From assembly GCA_040397215.1 (NCBI GenBank), contig JBBAWK010000005.1: a stretch of DNA of 64,000 nt; one strand, written 5' to 3'. The notes below the pieces were generated by a model. It saw only the letters and a program-made list of their open reading frames with translations. It ran no database searches and was not told the origin of the DNA. This stretch comes from Candidatus Limnocylindrus sp. (GTDB lineage Bacteria > Chloroflexota > Limnocylindria > Limnocylindrales > Limnocylindraceae). Below, in pieces: positions 9,546-19,348 of the stretch (its first letter is position 1; every line of letters starts with the position of its first letter). Made by a program: the position numbers and the translations under genes.

Positions 9546-11369
9546 ATGTGCGGGATCGTCGGCTACATCGGCTCACGCGACGTCTCGACGACGTTGATTG
9601 AGGGGCTGCGCCTTCTTGAATACCGCGGCTACGACTCCGCAGGGATCGCCGTTGCGGCCACAGGGGGCGAGATCTCCATGCGCAAGCGTGCGGGTCGCCT
9701 AGCCAACCTTGAGGGTGTCGTTGGCGAGCTGCCAACCGGCTCTATCGCCGGGATCGCCCACACGCGCTGGGCCACCCATGGTGCGCCAACTGACCTGAAC
9801 GCCCACCCCCACATGGATGAGCACGGCGAGATCGCCATCATCCACAACGGGATCATTGAGAACTACGCCGAGCTGCAGCGGGAACTGGCGGGGAAGGGGC
9901 ACACCCTTTCGAGCGACGTCGACACCGAGGTGATCGCCCACCTGATTGAAGACGCCTACCAGGGGGACATTCGCCTTGCGGTTGCGGCCATCCTTCCCCG
10001 ACTGCGCGGGCAGTGGGCGCTCGTGGTGATGCACCGCGGCGAACCAGGTCGGATTATTGCCGCCCGCCGCGAGGCGCCGCTTGCCGTTGGCATCGGTGAG
10101 GGGGAGCAGTTCCTCGCCTCCGATCCTGTCGCCATGCTGGAGCACACCAACAAGATCATCTTCCTTCGAGACGGCGACCTTGCCGACCTACAGCGCGACG
10201 GGGTCACCCTCTACGATGCAACTGGGGCAATGTTCGTCCCAAAGATTGAAACGATTAACTGGGATGGTGCTGCGGCGCGCAAAGAGGGGTACGACCACTT
10301 CATGCGCAAGGAGATGGATGAGCAGCCACGCGCACTCTCGGCGGCAATGCTCGGTCGAGTCTCGGCCGCCGGAATTGCCATCATTGAACTTGATCCTTTG
10401 AGCGAAGTGCTCGAGGCGACTCGCTCCATTGAATTCGTGGCCTGCGGCTCGGCGTATCACGCCTCGCTCACCGCGGCGACGCTGGCCGAACGCCTGCTGC
10501 GCATTCCAGTGCGCGTCACTGTAGCGAGCGAGTTTCGCTACGATCCGCCCGCACTCGGGTCAACTAGCCTTGTGATCGCCGTCTCGCAGTCTGGGGAGAC
10601 CGCAGACACGCTCGGTGCCGTGCGCATCGCGAAGGCTGCTGGTGCATCAGTGCTTGCAATCGTGAATGCGGCCGGCTCATCGCTCACGCGTGAGGCGGAT
10701 GCCGTGGTGCTGCTGCAGGCTGGAACAGAGATCTCCGTAGCCGCGACAAAGAGCTACACCTCGCAAGCGCTCGTCAGCCTTCTTGTAACGCTTGACCTAG
10801 CGCGGCGCGCGGGCGCGCTGACCGCTGCAGATGCACGCGCATGGGCGGAGGAGCTCCTCCGCGTCCCTGCGATGGCCTCAGCCGCACTCGATGCCTCAGA
10901 TGCGCTGCCAAGCATCGCCGCGAAGTACTTCGGCGCGAGCGGGTTCATGTTCGTCAGTCGCGGTGCAGGGATCGCAACGGCACTAGAGGGGGCACTCAAG
11001 CTGAAGGAGATCTCCTACATCCATGCTGAGGGGATCGCCGCCGGTGAGATGAAGCACGGCCCGATCAGCCTTCTCGGTGCCGATCACCCTGTGGTGGCAG
11101 TGGTGCTGAACTCGCCAGTCCTGCCAAAGCTTGTGAGCAACCTGATGGAGTCACGCGCGCGCTCGGCGCCAGTGATCGCGATCCTCTCTGGCGTCGATGA
11201 TTGGTCTAGCTTCACTACGGATGCAATCGTGATCCCTGCGGCGCGACCTGAGATTGCCGCGTTGATTGCAACGATCCCGTTGCAGCGCTTCTCCTACGAG
11301 ATGGCGCTGCTCGCCGGTGCCGATATTGATCAGCCGAAGAACCTCGCGAAGTCCGTCACCGTCGAGTGA
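9546..11369 (+). CDS. glmS: glutamine--fructose-6-phosphate aminotransferase
   Basis: Starts MCGIVGYIG (N-terminal nucleophile Cys). Two SIS domains, 607 aa. Confidence 0.95.
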   Translation: MCGIVGYIGSRDVSTTLIEGLRLLEYRGYDSAGIAVAATGGEISMRKRAGRLANLEGVVGELPTGSIAGIAHTRWATHGAPTDLNAHPHMDEHGEIAIIHNGIIENYAELQRELAGKGHTLSSDVDTEVIAHLIEDAYQGDIRLAVAAILPRLRGQWALVVMHRGEPGRIIAARREAPLAVGIGEGEQFLASDPVAMLEHTNKIIFLRDGDLADLQRDGVTLYDATGAMFVPKIETINWDGAAARKEGYDHFMRKEMDEQPRALSAAMLGRVSAAGIAIIELDPLSEVLEATRSIEFVACGSAYHASLTAATLAERLLRIPVRVTVASEFRYDPPALGSTSLVIAVSQSGETADTLGAVRIAKAAGASVLAIVNAAGSSLTREADAVVLLQAGTEISVAATKSYTSQALVSLLVTLDLARRAGALTAADARAWAEELLRVPAMASAALDASDALPSIAAKYFGASGFMFVSRGAGIATALEGALKLKEISYIHAEGIAAGEMKHGPISLLGADHPVVAVVLNSPVLPKLVSNLMESRARSAPVIAILSGVDDWSSFTTDAIVIPAARPEIAALIATIPLQRFSYEMALLAGADIDQPKNLAKSVTVE

Positions 11370-11908
11370 TGGACGGGGGAGAGCACTCCACGAGCACGCC
11401 GGAGATCGGCATTGACATCATTCGTGTGGACCGAATTGCGAACGTCTTACGTCGTCATCCGGAGCGATTTGAGCTCCGAGTACTGACCGCCGCAGAGCGT
11501 TCATACGTTCGTGGTCGCCCTGAGACGATGGCTGGGCGTTGGGCCGCAAAGGAGGCCGTCTCAAAGGTGCTTGGCCTCGGCGTGCGTGGCATCGGCTGGC
11601 AGGAGATCGAGGTTGAGCGCCTACCTACTGGGCAGCCTTCGGTGCGCCTTCATGACCGCGCCGCGGCGCGAGCGACGCAGCTCGGCATCCAGCACATCGC
11701 GCTCTCGATCAGCCACGAGCGCGAGTATGCGATTGCGATCGCCTATGCCGTACGCACAGCTGGCGGGCGGTACCTCTTTTCGCCGCAAATCGGCGCAGAC
11801 CTCGATGCCACCGAGACGGCACTCCTGGCACGGATCGAGCGCATCAAGGCACTTCGGCGCGAGGAGCTGGCCCTGTTGGCGGAGCCGGCTGGGAAGGCCC
11901 AAGGATGA
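11366..11908 (+). CDS. acpS: holo-ACP synthase with ~50-aa C-terminal extension
   Basis: IGIDIIRVDRI...WAAKEAVSK core matches the 4'-phosphopantetheinyl transferase family. 4-nt overlaps with both glmS and alr. The extra C-terminal segment is unassigned. Confidence 0.75.
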   Translation: MMDGGEHSTSTPEIGIDIIRVDRIANVLRRHPERFELRVLTAAERSYVRGRPETMAGRWAAKEAVSKVLGLGVRGIGWQEIEVERLPTGQPSVRLHDRAAARATQLGIQHIALSISHEREYAIAIAYAVRTAGGRYLFSPQIGADLDATETALLARIERIKALRREELALLAEPAGKAQG

Positions 11909-13116
11909 GCGGGCTCCCCGAACGTATCCAGAAGGTTGGCCTGCCTGCGCTCGGGCGTGATGCCTGGGTAGAGGTGCGGCTCGACGCGATCGCAACGAAT
12001 GTCCGTGCCCTTAAGGGGAAGCTTCCAGCTGGCGGCCACCTTGATGTGGTGCTGAAGGCAGATGCCTACGGCCTGGGCGCCGTGCCCGTCGCGCGTGCCG
12101 CACTCGACGCTGGCGCGCGAGCCGTTCTTGTCGCCACCTTTGATGAGGCGCAAGAGTTGCGCGACGTCGGAATCACTAGCCCCGTCCGGGTCCTCTGGCG
12201 TGTGGCGCCTGCGCACCTGCGCGACGCCGCCGCTACAGGCATTGGCGTTACCGCATCGTCGTCAGCAGTGGTTCGCGAGCTGATCGGCGCCGATCTGGCT
12301 GGGCTCTCCCCACTGAGCGTCGATATTGAAGTGGATACTGGACTCGGTCGCGACGGCATCCTGCCGGGCGATCTCGCCAACCAGATCGCTGCGCTGCGCA
12401 GTAACCCGAACATTCTGCTGCGGAGCATCTGGAGCCATCTCAGCGCAGCCGAGAACGTTGATCGATCACGACTGCAAGAGGAGGTACTCGAGCAGGCTGC
12501 AGCCCAGGCCCCCGAGCTCGAAGCTCATCTAGTCGGGTCGGGAGGGCTGCTCACCATGGGAGAGACTCAGCAGGTTGCGCGCGTTGGCATTGCGCTCTTC
12601 GGCGTTGTGCCGAACGCGCTGCGACCTACGATGACCGCTGCAACGATCGGCATTGAACGGGTATATGGACTCGCCGCACGGCCTGTGCGCATCGCGACAC
12701 TCCCCGTCGGTCATGGCGTGGGGTACGGGCCAGCATTCACCGCAGAGCGCGCATCAAGGATCATCACCCTGCCGATCGGCTACGCCGATGGCATCTCGTA
12801 TCACGAACGGGGAGTCGCCGAGGTGTTGATACGCGGCGTGCGCCTGCCAGTTGTTGGCACGATTGCGATGGACTCCATCACCATTGATGCCACAGATCAC
12901 CCGGCCACCGACCTGACCGAAGCCGATGAGGTGGTTTTCATCGGTGACTCTGGTGCTGATCTGATTGAGCCCGTGGACGTTGCCAAACGCCGAAAGACGA
13001 TTACCAATGAGGTCTCAACGAGCTTCACCAGTCGACTTGCGCGGGTGTATACGGTGAGCGGCAAACCGGTGGCGCTGCGCGACCTGCGCGGGTATCACTA
13101 CGTGAACCAGAAGTGA
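11905..13116 (+). CDS. alr: alanine racemase
   Basis: PLP-lysine motif VLKADAYGLGAV. 403-aa two-domain layout. Confidence 0.9.
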   Translation: MSGLPERIQKVGLPALGRDAWVEVRLDAIATNVRALKGKLPAGGHLDVVLKADAYGLGAVPVARAALDAGARAVLVATFDEAQELRDVGITSPVRVLWRVAPAHLRDAAATGIGVTASSSAVVRELIGADLAGLSPLSVDIEVDTGLGRDGILPGDLANQIAALRSNPNILLRSIWSHLSAAENVDRSRLQEEVLEQAAAQAPELEAHLVGSGGLLTMGETQQVARVGIALFGVVPNALRPTMTAATIGIERVYGLAARPVRIATLPVGHGVGYGPAFTAERASRIITLPIGYADGISYHERGVAEVLIRGVRLPVVGTIAMDSITIDATDHPATDLTEADEVVFIGDSGADLIEPVDVAKRRKTITNEVSTSFTSRLARVYTVSGKPVALRDLRGYHYVNQK

Positions 13117-14783
13117 CGCGATCATCGTATCTCTTGATTCGCGAGGATCTCGATCGCAGCTTTTATGCACTGATGTCTGACGCGGAGCCTACACGGCTGC
13201 TCAGTAGCATCACGCTGCCTACGGGAGCTGATAGCAAGGCGGCAGAGACGATGTTGCAGAGCTCTGCTGGAGCGGAGCAGAGCGGTGCGATCTCTACCTC
13301 GCTTCGCGGTGATCCGAGCTCCCTCGGCCGTGCGGCGAGCCGCTGCGCAGAGGCGCTCGGCGTCCCCGTGAGAATTCTCGATATTGCGCATGATGCTGGG
13401 AGAGTCGCGTGGGCGGCTCCCGGAACGGCTGGCGAGCTGTTGCGGATTGATGAGGCCGCACTCGTCCCTGCAGATGCGACGGAGCGTCGACGCCGTTGCG
13501 ATGCAGTATTGCGTTCGCTTGGCGAGCGCGATCGCGCCGCTGTTGCCGACCGGCTTGGAGACATCGCAGATCGGCCGATGTCGGGGCGTGATGAGATTGG
13601 CGACCAGACTCGCGCCGCCGCGTGTATTGATGCTATCGCGTCGATCGCGGAGCGGTCGAGCGATCAAGGTGATCCGATGAGCGGCGAGGTGTTCATTGCT
13701 ACGGGTCAGCTTGCGGCGTATCTTTCTTCAGGCGTCGTGCCACTCGCCGCACTTTCGCCACTGATTCCACCTGGGCGCACCACGGTGCTGCTCGATGTTT
13801 CGGGGGTACTGGCGGCGCTTGGCACTGAGCAGCTCACTGAGACGACGGGAGCAGATTTGGTTCGCGCGACCGCGGATCAACTACTCGTGCCCGCTGGCGA
13901 TCTGCTGGTTATCGCAGATCACCCTGACGAGGAGGTGCTTGTTCGAGCCGGTGCGGAGGAGCATGCGCTGTCAGCGGATGGAGCACTGGAGTTTGACCTT
14001 CAGGCGGGGGAGTTGGTCGACGTTGAGGTTGCGATTGATGGGCACCAGGTTCTGGCCTCGCTGCGCGGCGGTCTCGCCGGTGTTGCTGTTGTGCGTGGTG
14101 CCCCACTAGTTGATCTCCCACTCACGCCCGTGGCTGTGAGGCCCGCAAAGGTGCTCCCCATTGAGGCGCCACTGGCGCTGCTACCGCGATCCGCAAGCGC
14201 GACGGGTGGCCTCGGCGGGCGCCTTCTGCTTGGCGACGAGGTCGAGGGGAGCCTCTACTTCTCGGCTACAGAGCCAGACAGCCGCGGGTGGGCGGCGGCG
14301 CACGAGGCGGGAGTTCTGGCGGTTGTCTCGGCTTCCCCTGAGACCGTGCTGCGGGCTCGGGCTGTCGGCATTCGAGGTCTCGTTGTGGGCAGCCTGAGTG
14401 ATGGCGAGCGCGAGGCACTCAGCGCTTCTATTGATCGACGCGTTGCCGCCGGTGTCGCCCTCGCGCCATTTGGGCTCCTGATACTTGGCGGGCGCCGCGA
14501 GAGCGATGAATGGGCTGCAGAGCTAGGGAAGGCGCTCCAGACCCTGAACGGCAGCGACGTTCGCCTTGAGCGGCACCCTGCCGGCCTCACCGCCTCGACG
14601 GCGCGTCGCGGAGGGGCGCGCCTCGACGTGGATACCGTTGTGATCGGTGGCCCCCTGGCGGGCTCTTATGGCACATGGCGCGGCCTGGCCGACGCACAGC
14701 CGTCAGACCCGCAGGGTGCAGTCGAGATCAAGGGCGATCTTGTCGTGCTCTCCATTGGTGACCTGCAGCGCCTTACAGCGTGA
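13113..14783 (+). CDS. uncharacterised 556-aa acidic cytosolic protein (gene X) embedded in the alr-tsaE operon
   Basis: Long ORF with 4-nt overlaps at both ends (alr upstream, tsaE downstream). Codon usage is like its neighbours. No recognisable catalytic motif and no TM segment. Confidence 0.6.
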   Translation: MTRSSYLLIREDLDRSFYALMSDAEPTRLLSSITLPTGADSKAAETMLQSSAGAEQSGAISTSLRGDPSSLGRAASRCAEALGVPVRILDIAHDAGRVAWAAPGTAGELLRIDEAALVPADATERRRRCDAVLRSLGERDRAAVADRLGDIADRPMSGRDEIGDQTRAAACIDAIASIAERSSDQGDPMSGEVFIATGQLAAYLSSGVVPLAALSPLIPPGRTTVLLDVSGVLAALGTEQLTETTGADLVRATADQLLVPAGDLLVIADHPDEEVLVRAGAEEHALSADGALEFDLQAGELVDVEVAIDGHQVLASLRGGLAGVAVVRGAPLVDLPLTPVAVRPAKVLPIEAPLALLPRSASATGGLGGRLLLGDEVEGSLYFSATEPDSRGWAAAHEAGVLAVVSASPETVLRARAVGIRGLVVGSLSDGEREALSASIDRRVAAGVALAPFGLLILGGRRESDEWAAELGKALQTLNGSDVRLERHPAGLTASTARRGGARLDVDTVVIGGPLAGSYGTWRGLADAQPSDPQGAVEIKGDLVVLSIGDLQRLTA

Positions 14784-15286
14784 ACGTCGTCACCATTACG
14801 CTCGGTAGCCTTGCAGCAACGACGTCGCTCGGCGCGGCGATTGGCGCCTCACTCCGTCCGGGTGACCGGGTCCTTCTTGCGGGCGACCTGGGGAGCGGCA
14901 AGACAACGCTCGCTCGTGCCATCGGAACCGCACTCCATGCGGAGCCAGAGCTCACCTCGCCAACGTTCGTCCTCATCTCTGAACATCGCGGCGACCTGCC
15001 GATCTGGCATGTTGACGCCTATCGCCTCCCCGTGGGGAGTGATGCGCTGCGTGCTGGAGTGATTGATGAGCGGCAGCAGCACGGCGTTACCCTCATTGAG
15101 TGGCCCGAGCACCTTGAAGGACTCGGGGTAGCGGGCACCGGCGTGCTGAGCATTCATCTCGAGGCGGCCGCCGACGAGGGCACACGCATCGCCGTGATCC
15201 GCGGCGCGCGACCAGAGCTCCTTGCGGTACTCGGTTCGATGTCTGACAGCACTCAACGCATCACATCGGGCGATGCACGTGAGTAG
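14780..15286 (+). CDS. tsaE: tRNA threonylcarbamoyladenosine biosynthesis ATPase TsaE
   Basis: Walker A LAGDLGSGKTTLARAI. Position before tsaB-rimI-tsaD. Confidence 0.85.
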   Translation: MNVVTITLGSLAATTSLGAAIGASLRPGDRVLLAGDLGSGKTTLARAIGTALHAEPELTSPTFVLISEHRGDLPIWHVDAYRLPVGSDALRAGVIDERQQHGVTLIEWPEHLEGLGVAGTGVLSIHLEAAADEGTRIAVIRGARPELLAVLGSMSDSTQRITSGDARE

Positions 15287-15806
15287 CCTACGCATCCTTG
15301 TGCTTGATGGGTCACTCGGCTTCAGCATCGTTGCCATCGTGGAGGAGCGTGGCGGCCTGCCTGTGTGCGTCGCGGAGGACAACCACTATGAGCAGCCACT
15401 CCTGCAGCGCATTACCAATCTCATTCCAGATCAAGCAGCACGCACCGCGCTCACCGGTGTGGTGGTGGGAAACGGTCCTGGAAGCTACAGCGGCGTTCGT
15501 GTTGCAGCTTCGGCTGCCGCAGGCATTGCTGCTGCGCTGGCGCTCCCGCTGCGAGAGTGCGCCTCAGATCGTGCGCTCTGGCAGGCGGCGCAGCGAGCGT
15601 TCTCTATAGCGCTCGGAACTCGTGAGTCGCTCGAGGTATCGGAGAGAGGCTCGGTTGTCGTGGCTCGGGAGGCCGCCTCCCCACACCTTACGCAGGAGGA
15701 GAGCAGAGGGGTTGCCCCGTGCGCACTCGTCCGTGAGGCTGGACCTGTAGCTTCGCATGTCACCCTGCGCTATCCAGCGCCAGCTCGCGGAAGCGAGGCG
15801 CGATGA
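15273..15806 (+). CDS. tsaB: tRNA t6A biosynthesis protein TsaB
   Basis: Inactive Kae1-like fold (GNGPGSYSGVRVAASAA). ATG 15273 or GTG 15279 overlaps the tsaE stop. The track ORF starts earlier (15222) in the same frame. Confidence 0.8.
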   Translation: MHVSSLRILVLDGSLGFSIVAIVEERGGLPVCVAEDNHYEQPLLQRITNLIPDQAARTALTGVVVGNGPGSYSGVRVAASAAAGIAAALALPLRECASDRALWQAAQRAFSIALGTRESLEVSERGSVVVAREAASPHLTQEESRGVAPCALVREAGPVASHVTLRYPAPARGSEAR

Positions 15807-16324
15807 TGCGTGCACCCGTTCTGGCACCACTCACCATCAAGGACCTTGCGGAGGTTGCGGTAATTGAGAACGTCTCGTTTGCGGCCCCATGGCCTACAAG
15901 CGCATACACCACAGAGCTCTCGACGAATCGTTTGGCGCGATATGTTGGCGCCCGCATGAGTGGCACGCTCGTTGGCTTTGGTGGCATCTGGCTGATGGTC
16001 GACGAGGCGCACGTCACCACAATGGCGGTGCTCCCTGAGAGCCGTCGGTCGGGGGTGGCGACGGTGCTGCTCCTTGAGCTTCTGCAGGAGGCGCGGCGAG
16101 GCGGCGCACGGGTTGCAACGCTAGACGTGCGCGTATCGAACGCCGACGCGCAACGACTCTATCTAGCGTTCGGCTTCATCGAAGTAGGCCGCCGCATTCG
16201 CTATTACGACGATAACGGCGAAGATGCGCTGATAATGACCACCGCGGAGCTTGAGAGCCCAGCGCAGCAGGCGATCGAAGCGGCGCTGCGCGCCCGCGTT
16301 CAGGAGCGCTTCAGCCATGAATGA
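15803..16324 (+). CDS. rimI: ribosomal-protein-alanine N-acetyltransferase (GNAT)
   Basis: GNAT fold (FGFIEVGRRIRYY). Canonical position between tsaB and tsaD. Confidence 0.8.
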   Translation: MMRAPVLAPLTIKDLAEVAVIENVSFAAPWPTSAYTTELSTNRLARYVGARMSGTLVGFGGIWLMVDEAHVTTMAVLPESRRSGVATVLLLELLQEARRGGARVATLDVRVSNADAQRLYLAFGFIEVGRRIRYYDDNGEDALIMTTAELESPAQQAIEAALRARVQERFSHE

Positions 16325-17435
16325 GCGACTACTGCTAGCGATAGAATCGAGTTGCGACGAGAGTGCCGTTGCCCTTATTCGCGGCGGTCGTGAGGTGATG
16401 GCTGAGCGTGTGGCAAGCCAGACGGCGATCCATGCACCCTTTGGCGGCGTGATTCCAGAGGTCGCAGCGCGCGCCCACCATGAGTGGCTGCCCCACCTCC
16501 TCAACGAGGTGCTGCAGGAGGCTGAGGAGCTCGGGATTGCCGGCACGATCGAGGGGGTGGCACTGACGACCGGCCCCGGCCTCGTTGGCTCACTCCTCGT
16601 CGGCGCCGGCATTGGCAGCGCCTGGGCGTGGGCGCGCGGCCTCCCCGTGCTGCCGGTAAATCATCTTGAGGGGCACCTGCGCGCCGCATGGCTACGCGAG
16701 GCGGCAGACGTCGACGCGCCGACGCTCCCCGCGATCGGGCTCGTGGTCTCTGGCGGGCACACGTTGCTGGTGCGGATCGAGCGCGATGGGGCCATGCAGC
16801 GCCTCGGCGGCACGATTGACGACGCGGCGGGGGAGGCCTTCGACAAAATCGCACGCCTCCTTGGCGCCCCATATCCAGGAGGGGCGGCGCTCTCAGCGCT
16901 CGCCGCGAAGGCGCCGCGCGGTGCCCGAATCACGCCGCTGCCGATTGCGAAGACCGAGCAACCCTACGACTTCTCGTTCAGCGGGGTGAAGACCGCGGCA
17001 ATTCGGCAGGCGCTCGTCGCCAGCGGGCTCACCGATCGCAGCCCCGGCCGTGCCGCCACGCTCACACGGCAGTTCGCCGAGCATCCACTTCCAGAAGAGG
17101 GAGCGATTGCGATCGCCGCCGCAACGGAGCAGGCCATCGTCGGCGCACTGCGCGCCGGTGTGCAGCGTGCCCTGCGGGCCAACCCAGACTGCTCGCTCAT
17201 CGTCGGCGGCGGCGTGGCGGCAAATGGACCGCTCCGTGCGGCACTCGCGAACGTTGCGCGTGAGGAGCGCCGAGTGCTCGTCATTCCGCCGCTCAAGTGG
17301 TGCACCGATAACGCGGCGATGATCGGCGCCGCAGGTGACGCCCTGCTGCGTGACGAACGAGGCGCCTACCAGGAACCCAGCGCGGGTCTTGAGGTTCATG
17401 CGCAGTGGCGCATCGGATCGGCGGTCCCCGCATGA
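16317..17435 (+). CDS. tsaD: tRNA N6-adenosine threonylcarbamoyltransferase TsaD
   Basis: MNERLLLAIESSCDESAVALI and NHLEGHL metal-binding motif. ATG 16317 overlaps the rimI stop by 8 nt. The ORF-track N-terminal extension has no support. Confidence 0.9.
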   Translation: MNERLLLAIESSCDESAVALIRGGREVMAERVASQTAIHAPFGGVIPEVAARAHHEWLPHLLNEVLQEAEELGIAGTIEGVALTTGPGLVGSLLVGAGIGSAWAWARGLPVLPVNHLEGHLRAAWLREAADVDAPTLPAIGLVVSGGHTLLVRIERDGAMQRLGGTIDDAAGEAFDKIARLLGAPYPGGAALSALAAKAPRGARITPLPIAKTEQPYDFSFSGVKTAAIRQALVASGLTDRSPGRAATLTRQFAEHPLPEEGAIAIAAATEQAIVGALRAGVQRALRANPDCSLIVGGGVAANGPLRAALANVAREERRVLVIPPLKWCTDNAAMIGAAGDALLRDERGAYQEPSAGLEVHAQWRIGSAVPA

Positions 17436-19348
17436 GCCCGAAGTATCGCCAGGCACCGAGCCGTGGGCGTGTTGATGGCCATGCGGCAAAAAAGCGCCTC
17501 AGCCAGAACTTCTTGCACGATTTGAACGTTCGCGATCGCATTGTGCAGGCTGGTGTGCCGACTCCTGGGGAGCTCGTCTTGGAGATTGGCCCAGGGCTCG
17601 GATTCTTGACCGAGGCACTCCTTGCTAGTGGCGCCAACGTGGTTGCTGTGGAGCTCGATAGCGATCTGATCCCTCGCCTGCAGCATAAGTTCGCGGCACA
17701 GATCAGTGCGGGGCAGCTGACCCTTATTCACGGCGATGCGCTCACCGTTGATCTCAAGTCACTCGCGCCAATCAGTGGGAGCTGGCGCGTCATTGCCAAC
17801 ATTCCGTATCACGTCACAAGTCCACTGCTGCATCGGCTCCTGCTGCTGGCAGCGCCCCCTGCACGCATCGTTTTGCTGGTGCAGTTGGAGGTGGCGGATC
17901 GCGTCGCGGCCGCACCCGGTGACTGGTCATACCTCACCGCATTTGTGCAGGCGAGAACGGTGGCCTCTGTCGTTGTACGGGTGCCCCGCGAGGCGTTTGA
18001 CCCAGTGCCTGGCGTGGACTCTGCGATCCTGCTTCTTGAGCATCGCACGGGCGACGATGCGTTCACCCTGAGCCCACACGACGAGGAGCGCCTTTGGCGA
18101 CTCGTGCAGGCAGGTTTCCGTGAGCGACGAAAGAAGCTGCGCAACGCACTCCCTCGCGCACTGCCCATCCTTGAGAGCGACATTATCGCGGCGCTCGGGC
18201 GTGCCAACCTGAGCCCCGACCAGCGCGCGCAGACGCTCTCAGTGAAAGACTGGATCGCCCTCCTGTCCGAACTCCCAGAGCTTGATGCGGGTGTGCCGAC
18301 GAACGCCGCTCGCGCCGCAGTTGCTCGGCGAAGTACCAGTGGGGGATTAGAGGCTCGCGAACGGAACGCGGCACGCTCGCTGCCCGCGGCAGATCCGACG
18401 GTTGAGATCGTCGCGCATGGCAAGATCAATCTGACGCTCGCCATCGTCGGCAAGCGATCAGATGGGTACCACGAGCTCCACTCCGTGGTGGCTCAGTTCG
18501 AAGCGGGTGATCGTCTCTATCTGCGTCGATCGGCGAACGGGGCGGATTCGATTCGGCTTGCTGGTGTGCCGCTATATCTTGAAGGTGAGAATCTCTGCGC
18601 AGTCGCGCTCGCGGCGTTGCGCAAAGTGTGTGAGGTTCCGCCGGTCGAGATCGTGCTGGAGAAGCGCCTCCCCGTTGCCGCTGGGCTGGGGGGTGGCTCA
18701 AGCGACGCCGCCGCAACGCTGCTCGGCGTCATCGAGCTCTTCGATTTAGATATTGATGACGAAGCCTTGAACGCAGTCGCAGCCGAAGTGGGCTCCGACG
18801 TTCCGCTCTTCCTCGTCGAGTCACCTGCGCTCATGGAGGGGCGCGGAGAGTCGGTGACCCCGCTTGGCCCCTGGAAGGGCGAGCCCCTGGGGCTCCTTCT
18901 GATCACCGCCGGTCTGCCGTTGCGCACCCCAGAGGTGTTTGCCGCATTTGCCGCGGGGCTCCGCGGCTCGGCGCAGGGGGCGGCTCTGGTCAGCTCCCAG
19001 CACCTTGCGGCGGAACTCACGGTCGGCATGAGCGGGGAGGGGCTCCTGCAGCGGGCTGCAGCCTTGGCATCGGCGAACGACCTCCTCGCCCCCGCCCGGG
19101 CGGTTGCGCCGTGGCTTCGGCCCTTCGATCACGCCCTTCGCCGCCTCCTCAATCGCCCACTCTCGCTCTCAGGCTCGGGGCCAACCCTCTTCCTCCTCTA
19201 TCCTTCACAGCGAGAGGCAGAGGAGGGGGCAACCCTGATCGCCAACGCCCTCGCGAGCGGGGATCTCGTGGCGCCGGATGGCCTCACGCCCTCTGTCATC
19301 GCAACGAGACTAATTGCGCCAGGTTCTGGCGAAAGGGGAGCAGCGTGA
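17432..19348 (+). CDS. ksgA/ispE: fused 16S rRNA dimethyladenosine transferase (KsgA/RsmA) and 4-diphosphocytidyl-2-C-methyl-D-erythritol kinase (IspE)
   Basis: The N-terminal ~285 aa carry KKRLSQNFLHD and the RsmA fold. The C-terminal ~315 aa carry GKINLTLAIVGKRSDGYHEL and PVAAGLGGGSSDAAATLL (GHMP kinase). There is no stop codon between the two halves; the linker is about 45 aa. Confidence 0.8.
   Translation: MSPKYRQAPSRGRVDGHAAKKRLSQNFLHDLNVRDRIVQAGVPTPGELVLEIGPGLGFLTEALLASGANVVAVELDSDLIPRLQHKFAAQISAGQLTLIHGDALTVDLKSLAPISGSWRVIANIPYHVTSPLLHRLLLLAAPPARIVLLVQLEVADRVAAAPGDWSYLTAFVQARTVASVVVRVPREAFDPVPGVDSAILLLEHRTGDDAFTLSPHDEERLWRLVQAGFRERRKKLRNALPRALPILESDIIAALGRANLSPDQRAQTLSVKDWIALLSELPELDAGVPTNAARAAVARRSTSGGLEARERNAARSLPAADPTVEIVAHGKINLTLAIVGKRSDGYHELHSVVAQFEAGDRLYLRRSANGADSIRLAGVPLYLEGENLCAVALAALRKVCEVPPVEIVLEKRLPVAAGLGGGSSDAAATLLGVIELFDLDIDDEALNAVAAEVGSDVPLFLVESPALMEGRGESVTPLGPWKGEPLGLLLITAGLPLRTPEVFAAFAAGLRGSAQGAALVSSQHLAAELTVGMSGEGLLQRAAALASANDLLAPARAVAPWLRPFDHALRRLLNRPLSLSGSGPTLFLLYPSQREAEEGATLIANALASGDLVAPDGLTPSVIATRLIAPGSGERGAA

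Noticed and set aside
9500-9560. Looked for a glmS ribozyme upstream of glmS
   Set aside because: glmS starts 9 nt after glmM with no room for the ~150-nt ribozyme. Expression is evidently coupled to glmM.
19111-19344. Upstream extension of the ridA ORF, and likewise 16251..16316 (tsaD), 57124..57162 (topA), 54651..54746 (comM), 15222..15272 (tsaB) and 41674..41766 (BMP)
   Set aside because: These are simply stop-free in-frame stretches. Conserved N-termini, signal-peptide position and overlap-coupled start codons support the shorter models.
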